Virus record (IMG/VR): IMGVR_UViG_3300045988_144119
Span: 13,719-77,718 of that record
From: a virus
Direction: 5' to 3' (one strand)
Length of the DNA: 64,000 nucleotides
The position numbers were made by a program, and so were the translations under genes. Below the pieces are notes generated by a model. That model worked only from the letters and a program-made list of their open reading frames with translations, made no database searches and had not been told where the DNA came from. Shown piece by piece: positions 44,989-53,790 of the stretch (position 1 is its first letter; every line of letters begins with the position of its first letter).

Positions 44989-45483
44989 TTATGCGTCATT
45001 TGATAGCTTCATAAAACACATCCATATTGTTTTGCTCTGCCTTCCGGTAGTATGGTCAAACAACGGTTTGAACGGAATAACAGACAAAACTTCCGCAGCT
45101 TTTATCTGACTCTCGTTCCATTTGAATACAAGTGTACCGTTAGGCTTCAAGACGCGCATACACTCAGTAAATCCATCGTGTATGAGTGACTGCCAGTCTT
45201 TCGGTAGTTTCCCGTACTTCTTAGCCATCCATGAGGTTTCGCCAAGTGTTTTCAAATGTGGCGGATCAAACACCACCATGTAAAAAGAATTGTCCTCAAA
45301 CGGCAAGTGGGTGAAATCGGCTATTATATCCGGTTTTATCTCTATGGTTCTGATTTTATCCCTGTCCTTGGCAGTTACTACCTCCGATCTCTTATCAACG
45401 AATAAGGTAAGAGGATTATGTTTGTCAAACCAAAACATCCTACTGCCACAGCAGGCGTCTAATATGATCTTTGTTCCAGTCAT
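44989..45483 (-). CDS. SAM-dependent (DNA) methyltransferase
   Basis: ILDACCGSRMFWF (motif I-like) and VVFDPPH (DPPY/H-like motif IV). Confidence 0.6.
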   Translation of the reverse strand: MTGTKIILDACCGSRMFWFDKHNPLTLFVDKRSEVVTAKDRDKIRTIEIKPDIIADFTHLPFEDNSFYMVVFDPPHLKTLGETSWMAKKYGKLPKDWQSLIHDGFTECMRVLKPNGTLVFKWNESQIKAAEVLSVIPFKPLFDHTTGRQSKTIWMCFMKLSNDA

Positions 45484-45513
45484 TTTTATATTGTTTTTAA
45501 TTAATTACTTCCG

Positions 45514-46803
45514 CTAAACCTCCTTAAGCTCTCCATTGACTAGCATATACCATGTATCAGCCTTAACCTTTTTCCCGTCAACTTCAAATGCCTTAACCTC
45601 TTTAATCGGGTAGGTATCACCGTTCCATTCTCCACGCTCTGCGAGGACTATCCAGCAACCTATAGCTCCCTTAGCCTTACACCCGTATCCGGCAGCAAGA
45701 GCAATGCTATCCTTGCCTGTGGCTGATGCTGCACCTTGGTTGCCTGTGGCTGATGCTGCACCTCGGTAGCCTGTGGCTGATGCTGCACCTTGGTAGCCTG
45801 TGGCTGATGCTGCACCTTGGTTGCCTGTGGCTGATGCTGCACCTCGGTAGCCTGTGGCTGATGCTGCACCTTGGTAGCCTGTGGCTGATGCTGCACCTTG
45901 GTTGCCTGTGGCTGATGCTGCACCTCGGTAGCCTGTGGCTGATGCTGCACCTTGGTAGCCTGTGGCTGATGCTGCACCTTGGTTGCCTGTGGCTGATGCT
46001 GCACCTCGGTAGCCTGTGGCTGATGCTGCACCTTGGTAGCCTGTGGCTGATGCTGCACCTTGGTCACCTGTGGCTGACTTACCCTTCTTCCACTTGCATT
46101 TTTCAAACGTAAACTTAACGGCTGCGTCTACAATACTCTTAATACTTAGTTCCGCTCCTATGTGGATTTTTGAGCAAGCAATTTTCGTATCATCCGTATC
46201 TACGTCCATATCGCCAGTTCCCTCAACCTCGTGAAACTTATTCATACCAACTTCGGCAGGTGGATAGTAACTGAACACGTCCAACGGATGGAGGCAGAAG
46301 TGAAATCCGTTACCGCAAGCTCTTATATCGCCTGTTTCTTCATAGTCCTTACCTTCTTTGTATTGGAAATCCCTACATGTCAAATCGGGGTTAAAACCTT
46401 TGTAGCCTTTGATTTTGACAAATTCCTTTGGTAAGGTAACGTTATCCGGCAGGTTTGCCCTAAGTACCATGTACGCCATGTAGCCGGCGTCAAATCCGGC
46501 TATCCCGGTGCCAATGGCAGTTAGGAGGAATTCCTTTTCCAGATGCTCGTTAGCGTAATTCCCGAAGTTCCCTAAAAATACGATCAGCTCTTCTTCAGTT
46601 ACTTTCTGCATATCCTTGTCCAGCGTAGGGATAGCATAGGACTGACCTTGTATCCCTTTTGCTTTCCCCATAATTGCACCAAACTTCTCAACTGCCAATC
46701 TAGCTGCACCTCCGGCGTGATTGCCGTTCATGTTGCTTCCAAAAACGAATATTTGATTTTCTTTCAGTTCCTGAATATTCTCAGGCGTTAATTCTCTTTT
46801 CAT
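45514..46803 (-). CDS. three-part protein: A1S_2505-like Rossmann domain, DUF7666-like domain, nonapeptide-repeat domain
   Basis: [20 protein letters not shown]...[11 protein letters not shown]; then [21 protein letters not shown]...[18 protein letters not shown]; then about 13 x G(Y/N)(Q/R)GAASAT. Family names are from memory. Confidence 0.6.
   Translation of the reverse strand: MKRELTPENIQELKENQIFVFGSNMNGNHAGGAARLAVEKFGAIMGKAKGIQGQSYAIPTLDKDMQKVTEEELIVFLGNFGNYANEHLEKEFLLTAIGTGIAGFDAGYMAYMVLRANLPDNVTLPKEFVKIKGYKGFNPDLTCRDFQYKEGKDYEETGDIRACGNGFHFCLHPLDVFSYYPPAEVGMNKFHEVEGTGDMDVDTDDTKIACSKIHIGAELSIKSIVDAAVKFTFEKCKWKKGKSATGDQGAASATGYQGAASATGYRGAASATGNQGAASATGYQGAASATGYRGAASATGNQGAASATGYQGAASATGYRGAASATGNQGAASATGYQGAASATGYRGAASATGNQGAASATGKDSIALAAGYGCKAKGAIGCWIVLAERGEWNGDTYPIKEVKAFEVDGKKVKADTWYMLVNGELKEV
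45716..46077. repeat. tandem 27-bp coding repeat (13.4 copies) with 81-bp higher-order periodicity
   Basis: Unit cctgtggctgatgctgcaccttggttg; variants ttggttg / tcggtag / ttggtag cycle with period 3. Confidence 0.9.
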
Positions 46804-46833
46804 GATTCTTCCTTGTTTCTGTATTACTTTTAA

Positions 46834-47184
46834 TTAATGGTTTCTACAAACTTCTCTAGGTTTCCACTCTGACGGTACTTTAGCCCACTCTCTGAATGCC
46901 TTATCAAATCCATCAAGGTCAGAGAACATATCCATCTTGGCGGTATCAGTAGTAATGAGGGTGGAGAACTCCTTGAAATACTTATCGGCAACTTTTACGA
47001 AGTCATTGTGCAACTTTTTTAAATCTCCAAGCAGAAGGGAGTTCTCTGCCATTAAATCGCTCGCTTCCTCTACTAAGTTATTGGCTTCGCAATTCAACAG
47101 GTGAGCGGCTGAAAGCAGCATATTCAATCTATCTATGCTACCATTGGCTATGGCGGCATCTATTATTTTTTTCTTTGGTTTCAT
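46834..47184 (-). CDS. hypothetical protein (116 aa)
   Basis: ORF in operon. Confidence 0.5.
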   Translation of the reverse strand: MKPKKKIIDAAIANGSIDRLNMLLSAAHLLNCEANNLVEEASDLMAENSLLLGDLKKLHNDFVKVADKYFKEFSTLITTDTAKMDMFSDLDGFDKAFREWAKVPSEWKPREVCRNH

Positions 47185-47196
47185 AATTGTATATTT

Positions 47197-47409
47197 TCAC
47201 TTTACATTTCCTTTCATGCGGTTAATACTTTCGTTCTCCTTTTTATTAATTTTGTCAATCCACCTTTGGAATTTGGCAGCTACAAGAGGGCAGTGTATGC
47301 GCAGGTTTCTGTCGCGTTCCGCTTCCCATTCACGTATCTTTCTCTGCATCTCGGTATTCATAAATTTCTCCTTTTTCGTTATAATTCTTTCTTTAGAAAA
47401 CTGTTGCAA
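47197..47409 (-). CDS. hypothetical small protein (start possibly at 47361)
   Basis: ORF; the upstream part overlaps the small zinc-ribbon ORF, so the internal ATG at 47361 may be the true start. Confidence 0.4.
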   Translation of the reverse strand: MQQFSKERIITKKEKFMNTEMQRKIREWEAERDRNLRIHCPLVAAKFQRWIDKINKKENESINRMKGNVK

Positions 47410-47546
47410 ATTTGCCCATATCTGTCACAGGCACACACTCTATGCCCTTTAGCCTTACAATACGCAGAATTATCCCCGAAGTCCGAGGCATTCTTGCAAT
47501 TCCGGCATTTGACATATACAATTTCCGGTTTGACTTTCTTTGGCAT
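47379..47546 (-). CDS. small zinc-ribbon protein (55 aa), below the ORF-track cutoff
   Basis: Hand translation: MPKKVKPEIVYVKCRNCKNASDFGDNSAYCKAKGHRVCACDRYGQICNSFLKKEL; fills the gap after dnaB. Confidence 0.4.
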   Translation of the reverse strand: MPKKVKPEIVYVKCRNCKNASDFGDNSAYCKAKGHRVCACDRYGQICNSFLKKEL

Positions 47547-47548
47547 AC

Positions 47549-48922
47549 TTAAAATGGGTTGTTATCATCTTCAGTGCTATTACTTGATATGGGAATAATG
47601 TTCAAGTCGTAAAAGTGAGTAGATGCAGCATTGAAGCCACAAATAAACTTCAATAGTCCTATATTTCTGCCTTTAGCTATATCAATCATGGCAGTTCCTT
47701 TTGTGTCCACGTCTGAAAACTCATCAGGATACCGCTTCCCTTTTACCTCAGGACGATAAATCAGCATAACTATATCTGCTGCTTCCGCTATCTGTCCACT
47801 ATCCCTTAACCTTGCCAATGTAGGTACAGGGTTAAGATTATCCCTATTCATCTGCGACAATGCAATAATCCATATATCCAAATCCTTTGCCAGATTCTTC
47901 AGCCTTCTTGCAACCTCTCCCATCTGCTGTTCTTTGTTACTTCCCTTCATGTTAACATTCAAAATCTGCAAATAATCTACCACAGCCCCGTCTATCCCAT
48001 TTTTAAATTTCATCTGACGGATTGAAGATATTATCGTGTCGATATTGGACGTGCTCCTATCATCGAAATAGATTTGCATTTTTGATACAGTATCCACAGC
48101 CCGGTCTACATTTTCCAACTGCATTCCGGAAAGCGGTGAGTAAAGTATGACATTTGAAGGAATACCACTTATCATTGAAATAATTCTAGACGTAATTTGT
48201 TCCTTCTTCATCTCCATTGAATACATGGCTATCTTAGCACCTGCTATTGCAGCGTTTTTCATCATGCTTACAGCCATTGACGTTTTGCCAGCACTAGTTT
48301 CACCTGCAATAATTATCAAGTCTGATTTTTGAAGTCCACCTGTTTCCCCATCTATCTTGTCAAATCCGGTCGGTGTACCTGTTAAGTCTGTTTTCCCTGA
48401 CATGTTGCGGTTTATCGTTTCATATACGGATTCTATGCATTCCTTGACCGTGCTGATAGAATTACAATTGGATGAGAACAGATTAGCAAGCTGATCTGAC
48501 ACTTTTTGCACGACGTCGGCAATATCTTCCTTCTCATTAAAAGCGTTACTGTCGAGATAACTCCCAATATCAAAGAACCGTCTCCGTATCATCAGATCAT
48601 GAAGTCTGCACGCATATTGATACAGATCGAATGTGTACATTCCTGAAATCTTTGTCAGCTCATATAAACTAAAGTCTGGATATGAGAACTCCAGTTTTGA
48701 TTTCACACTGATGGCATCAGCTCTTCCACCGGAATCCGTTATTTCCAATACAGTCCTGTATATCTGCTTGTGAAAATCGTTATAGAAACAATTTTCAGTA
48801 AGGATATCCCTCACTTCGTAAATGGTATCTCTCTCGCTTAGAATGGTCCCAAGAACACGTTTCTCACACTCTTCATCTCTTGGCAATATACGCATTCCAC
48901 TCGGCATTATTTCATCTTTCAT
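47549..48922 (-). CDS. dnaB: replicative DNA helicase DnaB
   Basis: 457 aa; GFDKIDGETGGLQKSDLIIIAGETSAGKTSMAVSM (Walker A) and the overall DnaB layout. Confidence 0.9.
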   Translation of the reverse strand: MKDEIMPSGMRILPRDEECEKRVLGTILSERDTIYEVRDILTENCFYNDFHKQIYRTVLEITDSGGRADAISVKSKLEFSYPDFSLYELTKISGMYTFDLYQYACRLHDLMIRRRFFDIGSYLDSNAFNEKEDIADVVQKVSDQLANLFSSNCNSISTVKECIESVYETINRNMSGKTDLTGTPTGFDKIDGETGGLQKSDLIIIAGETSAGKTSMAVSMMKNAAIAGAKIAMYSMEMKKEQITSRIISMISGIPSNVILYSPLSGMQLENVDRAVDTVSKMQIYFDDRSTSNIDTIISSIRQMKFKNGIDGAVVDYLQILNVNMKGSNKEQQMGEVARRLKNLAKDLDIWIIALSQMNRDNLNPVPTLARLRDSGQIAEAADIVMLIYRPEVKGKRYPDEFSDVDTKGTAMIDIAKGRNIGLLKFICGFNAASTHFYDLNIIPISSNSTEDDNNPF

Positions 48923-49979
48923 CTTTCATAAACTTGAGTTGTTTTAAAATAGCATAATACAAAACATCCCATTTTGAACGGATGTCTGCTCTGCCCTCTA
49001 TTGTGCGCAATGCGCTTTTAAACATATCGTTCCCATATTTGTCCCGTAAAAGCAAAAATTCTTCTTCCGTAGGCAATCGCATATTGGAAAAACAATACGG
49101 TGCTTGTTTCTTGATATATGACAGGAATTTATAATAGGCATTGTTATCTTTAGAAGATTCCAACAACGCATCATTCGTATCTTGGAACAAATTTGTAGCC
49201 CCCTTTTTTATCTCGGTCAATATCCAGTTCCTAAAATACTCCATAAAACCTTTCCTGTCTTTCGAGATAGTCCCTCCGGCTTTTAGGCTTATCACGAACT
49301 TGTCAAGCCATAGAAGAAACATATCATGGTCGAAAACCTTTATCCCGTTACGGTACAAATGAAGCCTTATTGCTTCCTCCCATCCGCTGTCTGATGACAG
49401 CTCATGTTGCAATTCACTGAGATCTATATCACAACTTCCAAAATCAGAACCCATTTTTTCTTTTGCTCTATTTATAGAGTTTTCTTTATTTATTTCTTCT
49501 TTCTTATTATTTGGGTTAGAGGTGGGTTGCAAAATTCCATCATTCTTATGCAGGTGGGTTACTAGGTGGGTTATCAACTCTTGTAACTCTCTATCATTTA
49601 ATTTGTTAGGTGGGTTACTAGGTGGGTTATCTACAACTTCACCATTATATTTCTCAAAATTGATGAGAGTAATCACATTAACTCCTTGGCTATTATCAGT
49701 AGTGATCATTTTCTCTCTTTTCAACTTTCCAAGTAAAGATTTAACCCATTGTTCAGATCTTCCCCATTTTTTAGCAAGAAATCTATTGGATGCAGGATAT
49801 TGCCCTCTTCCCCATGTTACTTCATAACACCCGATGCGCGACGTAGTCGATGATGCCTCAAATCGTGCTGACTGTATCAAGTCAATCCACGCTTCGCACT
49901 CATTAAATGCCCGGGCGGCCTGCCATATCTTGTTATCAAATAACTTGCGGCTTAGTTTTATAAATCCTTTATCGCTCAT
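48912..49979 (-). CDS. replisome organiser / replication initiator-like protein
   Basis: N-terminus GFIKLSRKLFDNKIWQ...WIDLIQSA...RFLAKKWGRSEQWVKSLLGKLKREKMI is the wHTH pattern of phage replication organisers; overlaps dnaB by 11 nt. Confidence 0.55.
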   Translation of the reverse strand: MSDKGFIKLSRKLFDNKIWQAARAFNECEAWIDLIQSARFEASSTTSRIGCYEVTWGRGQYPASNRFLAKKWGRSEQWVKSLLGKLKREKMITTDNSQGVNVITLINFEKYNGEVVDNPPSNPPNKLNDRELQELITHLVTHLHKNDGILQPTSNPNNKKEEINKENSINRAKEKMGSDFGSCDIDLSELQHELSSDSGWEEAIRLHLYRNGIKVFDHDMFLLWLDKFVISLKAGGTISKDRKGFMEYFRNWILTEIKKGATNLFQDTNDALLESSKDNNAYYKFLSYIKKQAPYCFSNMRLPTEEEFLLLRDKYGNDMFKSALRTIEGRADIRSKWDVLYYAILKQLKFMKDER

Positions 49980-49982
49980 TTC

Positions 49983-50519
49983 TTAGAATGGATTATCTTC
50001 TTTAAAAAAAAAAGATTTTACATCGCTTACAGACAGATTATAATTGGGAATATGTGCTTCCTCAATTACCCAATTCTTTTGTTGGTACTTAAAATGAATA
50101 CCATTTAATTCATATTTGTATAAATAGATTTTAAAATGGGGGCTATTGTTATAGAGAAATACAAAATCAGATCTACATTCTATTTCCTTTCCTATCAAGA
50201 AAAATTGTAAGGATATAGGACGGTTATGTATGTTACATCTTTCCTCTATATATTTAGATATTCCTGTGCCATATCTTGCTGCTTGAGCCATTGTTGACAT
50301 ATTAATAATATCTTTTTTCAGTTCGTAAATTGATATTATCACATCTTTGGGATTAATACTTACAGTCATTAAATCAAGTATTCCGTAATCACCAAGATTT
50401 ACCTGTCTGTACATTTTACCTGATATTGCTAGCCCTTTATTAAATAATTCATATTTTCCATATTCACTTTGGTATGCTTCCCAAATAATATCTTCTAAAT
50501 CTTTCTCTAAAAATTCCAT
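49983..50519 (-). CDS. PD-(D/E)xK nuclease-like protein
   Basis: GILDLMTV...ISIYELKKD fits a D...(E)xK arrangement; weak. Confidence 0.4.
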   Translation of the reverse strand: MEFLEKDLEDIIWEAYQSEYGKYELFNKGLAISGKMYRQVNLGDYGILDLMTVSINPKDVIISIYELKKDIINMSTMAQAARYGTGISKYIEERCNIHNRPISLQFFLIGKEIECRSDFVFLYNNSPHFKIYLYKYELNGIHFKYQQKNWVIEEAHIPNYNLSVSDVKSFFFKEDNPF

Positions 50520-50692
50520 ATTACTTTTTTATTATTCCAATTAAATAAAGCAAATTGACTTCCCCACTTTTAGGGCATTTAGGTATATGTTCTATTTCAT
50601 TCATTATTTCTCCTATTGTTTTCATAATTTATGATATAAGAGGTGTGGCAGCCTTGTATAAGGCTACCAGCACTTAGTTGATTATATTTTTG

Positions 50693-50986
50693 TTATTTCT
50701 TGATTTGTTTTATTTCAGCATCAGTGATAAGCATTCCGATTATTGCTTTGTAGTGGTCCACTCCTTTGTAGTTTTCACTGAACTTCTTAAAATCCTCAAA
50801 CAGTCCGTTTGTTATTATAAAAGAATATGCTTCATTCTTGCAGTCTTTCTCAATATCATACTGCTTTTGTAATTCATTTAAAAAGTCACTGAATGTTGGT
50901 ATTAAATGAGAATTTGAGCATTCAATCTCAACGGTTGCTATTTTCTTTTTCATAGCAGACCTCCTTTCTTCGCTGAAATGAAGCAA
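50693..50986 (-). CDS. hypothetical protein (97 aa)
   Basis: ORF in operon. Confidence 0.5.
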   Translation of the reverse strand: MLHFSEERRSAMKKKIATVEIECSNSHLIPTFSDFLNELQKQYDIEKDCKNEAYSFIITNGLFEDFKKFSENYKGVDHYKAIIGMLITDAEIKQIKK

Positions 50987-51058
50987 ACAATAAACGGTAA
51001 TATAAACAAGATAGGGTTAATGATAGTGAGTACTAACATTAATAAGAGAGAGGACAAT

Positions 51059-51892
51059 TTAGTTTTCATAAGACAATCCTCCCATGAATTGAAAACCTAA
51101 TATGCCTAACAATTCACTAAATTTGTTCTCATACCATAGCGGCTGCGTTTCTCTTGGATTATTTGGGCTTACTTGGTTCTCTCCATAAGAAAGACCTTTT
51201 TCTGTGATTGATTTAAATTGTTTTTTCTGACCGTGGGAAGAATCTCTCTCTATATCATACAGGTAGCCTTTTTCAATTGCTCTTTTGTTGAATACCTGTG
51301 CCGATATTTGTTTTTTCAGCCCCATTTCCGCCAATAATTTGGAAGCTGATTTGAGTACTCCTTTTGATGGGGTATAGTCGGGAAGAGGAAGATTGTACGG
51401 TTCAAGTATCTGTTTTGCAATAATCAGCTTTGAGCTTTCATTCAGGTTCAAGAACTTTGCCGCCCATGTAGCTGCTTTCATCTTGTCCGAAATGGTTGGC
51501 TTACTAACTTCTGTTTTTTCTTCGATTGCTTTTTGAACAGTTTTGTGGAACACCTGTCTGTAAACTTCAAATACAGGTCTAACTTTTCTTGCGATGAAAA
51601 ACTCCATACAAGAAACCGTTAAGTAGTAGTTCACTTTGTTGTTACCTCCCCAACTTGCTTCATCTTGCTTGCCATTTTGGGCAAGCATTTTGTAATCAAC
51701 TCCTTCAATGAATTGCTCGTTTGATGTCAAAGCTCTAACAGCCTTTCCCTTTTCAGAATAGACCAACGGCCACACCTCATCAAGGTTAATTGGGAACTCA
51801 TTATCAGATTGGGATAACTTTAATACAGCGTTGAAGTACGCTTTGATTTCGCTTTCGCTACTCTTCTTTGATAAAATAATTTCTTTTGCCAT
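51059..51892 (-). CDS. antirepressor-like protein (KilAC / ORF6C-type C-terminus)
   Basis: FPINLDEVWPLVYSEKGKAVRAL...FIEGVDY in the N-domain and a basic C-domain typical of phage antirepressors; start moved to MAKEIIL at 51892. Confidence 0.45.
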   Translation of the reverse strand: MAKEIILSKKSSESEIKAYFNAVLKLSQSDNEFPINLDEVWPLVYSEKGKAVRALTSNEQFIEGVDYKMLAQNGKQDEASWGGNNKVNYYLTVSCMEFFIARKVRPVFEVYRQVFHKTVQKAIEEKTEVSKPTISDKMKAATWAAKFLNLNESSKLIIAKQILEPYNLPLPDYTPSKGVLKSASKLLAEMGLKKQISAQVFNKRAIEKGYLYDIERDSSHGQKKQFKSITEKGLSYGENQVSPNNPRETQPLWYENKFSELLGILGFQFMGGLSYEN

Positions 51893-51961
51893 TGTTTTAT
51901 AGGATATTTTTGGCATTTCAGCGGAAGGAATAAAGAAACGGCAACTCCGCACTTACCCGTT

Positions 51962-52116
51962 ATCCTACACCAAACAAGGCAGCGGAAGCATTAACTTTCC
52001 GGCACGGGGTTACGTAAGTTGCCATATATGTATAGCAGCAATCTTGCAAGCATAAAAAACGCCCGCTCGAAAAATATCGGCAGGCTCGCACGCTTGCCTT
52101 GTTTGTTATGTAGGAT
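51962..52116 (-). other. 155-nt long-range inverted repeat (structured leader / ncRNA candidate)
   Basis: 51962-51984 (atcctacaccaaacaaggcagcg) is complementary, with two small bulges, to 52091-52116 (cgcttgccttgtttgttatgtaggat). Confidence 0.5.
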
Positions 52117-52166
52117 GCCGCAAATATACACTCATTTTCTGAAATACCAAAGAAAAACTATATTTT

Positions 52167-52529
52167 TTATTCCAAAGTCTTAATCGTAATCTCAACCCGA
52201 GGATTATCCTTATCTACGAATTTACGTGCATGGATAAGACAACAATTGTTATCGTTCTTGATACATTTGATTCGCTGCAACACGTCAAGTTGTAGTTTTA
52301 ATACGTTATCAAGGTCGCTCCGTTTACTTGGGTAGTACACGTCAATGTAGAACTCAAATGGCTCGTTGATATTCAAATCCCTCAACTTCCCTGCCTGCCA
52401 GATAAACGATTCCTCATATTTTTTCAGAGCTGGAGTTTTCGCCAAACATCCGTGCCCATTAATGGTTACTATTTTATAACAATTAGCCTTAGAAGGGGCA
52501 TTCCCGTTAATTATTGTTTTATATTCCAT
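52167..52529 (-). CDS. rusA: RusA-like Holliday junction resolvase
   Basis: APSKANCYK, RSDLDNVLKLQLDVL and KNDNN parallel E. coli RusA PSNNRYY, RRDLDNLQKAAFDAL, DD (from memory); start at 52529. Confidence 0.75.
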   Translation of the reverse strand: MEYKTIINGNAPSKANCYKIVTINGHGCLAKTPALKKYEESFIWQAGKLRDLNINEPFEFYIDVYYPSKRSDLDNVLKLQLDVLQRIKCIKNDNNCCLIHARKFVDKDNPRVEITIKTLE

Positions 52530-52542
52530 GTTGTTTTTTATT

Positions 52543-52569
52543 AAAGCCCCGAAGCGTATTCTCCGGGGC
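52543..52569 (-). terminator. GC hairpin upstream of the rusA start (weak terminator or processing site)
   Basis: The minus strand reads GCCCCG gagaatacgctt CGGGGC followed by TTTAAT; the U-run is short. Confidence 0.35.
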
Positions 52570-52619
52570 ACAACCATTATTTACTAACCCTTGCCATTTA
52601 TGTGTGGCTCACATTTATG

Positions 52620-52872
52620 AGGTGGTAGCAGGACTTGCACCTGCATGATTGTTATGCTGCTCATTTACATCTTTTATCGCCTACTATGAATAAGGCTCGC
52701 TGTTGTAGGTTTTGGTATCCGTCACCGATTGATTAATAACCATCGAATGCTTCGTTTACCTGATATGCTGGTCTCCTTTTCGCCAACCTTTCCCGATTAT
52801 CATTTCCTATAATCCTCAGCTTAGAGCATCAATCTACTGCTTAATAGCGTCTTCTAATTCCGCCATACCACC
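52620..52872 (-). ncRNA. 253-nt RNA candidate with a split tRNA-Leu-like frame
   Basis: 5' GGTGGTA-TGGCGGAATTAGAAGACGC (tRNA-Leu D-arm-like) at 52872-52847. 3' GCAGG-TGCAAGT-CCTGC-TACCACC at 52644-52621. The terminal 7-mers pair perfectly. No ORF. Confidence 0.5.
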
Positions 52873-52929
52873 ATGTTTGCCCGCCCTATCTTCACAGACC
52901 GGGAAGGCATGTAAACAAATGCACTTAAT

Positions 52930-53688
52930 CTATATCAAATCAGTCAACCCAAATTTAATTTTAATAACATTGATGATGGCTTTATACTGTTTCTCGTAGA
53001 TTGTTCCCGAATGTGTCTTCTCCACTTTCTTTTCAAACTCTTCAATGCTGCCACGAAAACACCCACAAGTTATTTCGACTTTATTATCTTTTGTCAAATA
53101 TGCGTGAGTGTGGCGGTTGCATGAACCGAAACAATCAAATCCGCAATGATTGTTATCATTTTCTATATCAGCATCGCCGTACACCCGAGCATCGCCGTAC
53201 ACCCGAGCATCGCCGGACACCCGAGCATTGCCGTACACCCGAGCATCGCCGTACACCCAAGCATCGCCGTACACCCGAGCATCGCCGGACACCCGAGCAT
53301 TGCCGTACACCCGAGCATCGCCGTACACCCAAGCATCGCCGGACACCCAAGCATTGCCGTACACCCGAGCATCGCCGTACACCCAAGCATCGCCGTACAC
53401 CCGAGCATCGCCGGACACCCGAGCATTGCCGTACACCCGAGCATCGCCGGACACCCAAGCATCGCCGGACACCCAAGCATTGCCGTACACCCGAGCATTG
53501 CCGTACACCCGAGCATCGCCGTACACCCAAGCATTGCTTTCTTGGTCTAAGTTCTCATCTTTCTCAACATATCCTCCCAAATCACCTTCCTTGGCATATT
53601 TGAAAGACTTTGTACACTTAATTTGGAATAATTTAATTCCAAAAGTATTAAATACAAACTTGTCTGTAAGTTCAAATTTCTTTTCCAT
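52930..53688 (-). CDS. hexapeptide-repeat (left-handed beta-helix / bactofilin-like) protein
   Basis: About 20 consecutive G(D/N)A(R/W)V(Y/S) hexads, then a Cys/His-rich C-terminal domain (HCGFDCFGSCNRHTH...CGC); start at MEKKFEL 53688. Confidence 0.65.
   Translation of the reverse strand: MEKKFELTDKFVFNTFGIKLFQIKCTKSFKYAKEGDLGGYVEKDENLDQESNAWVYGDARVYGNARVYGNAWVSGDAWVSGDARVYGNARVSGDARVYGDAWVYGDARVYGNAWVSGDAWVYGDARVYGNARVSGDARVYGDAWVYGDARVYGNARVSGDARVYGDARVYGDADIENDNNHCGFDCFGSCNRHTHAYLTKDNKVEITCGCFRGSIEEFEKKVEKTHSGTIYEKQYKAIINVIKIKFGLTDLI
53171..53530. repeat. tandem 18-bp coding repeat, 20 copies
   Basis: Unit gcatcgccgtacacccga with point variants (gga/gta, gag/aag, atc/att). Confidence 0.9.
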
Positions 53689-53790
53689 GTCAATCAAAAT
53701 TAAAATTATCCTCACCGTCCGGTTCTTCGTCCGGCATATCATTACCGAAATCCATCGGAATGAACCAATCTGAAATAAACTCTTCCATAA

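Noticed and set aside
45660-46234. Several overlapping ORFs on both strands across the 27-bp repeat (45660-46106, 45726-46112, 46043-46234)
   Set aside because: They are frame artefacts of a perfect tandem repeat that is open in all frames. Only the frame continuous with the flanking conserved domains (45514-46803, minus) makes a coherent protein.
45716-53530. Possibility that the two tandem-repeat arrays are CRISPR arrays
   Set aside because: The units (27 and 18 bp) are directly adjacent with no unique spacers and lie in frame inside long ORFs. No cas genes are present.
53001-53773. Five overlapping ORFs on both strands across the 18-bp repeat
   Set aside because: Same artefact as above. 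Only 52930-53688 (minus) links the repeat to sensible N- and C-terminal domains and fits the operon.
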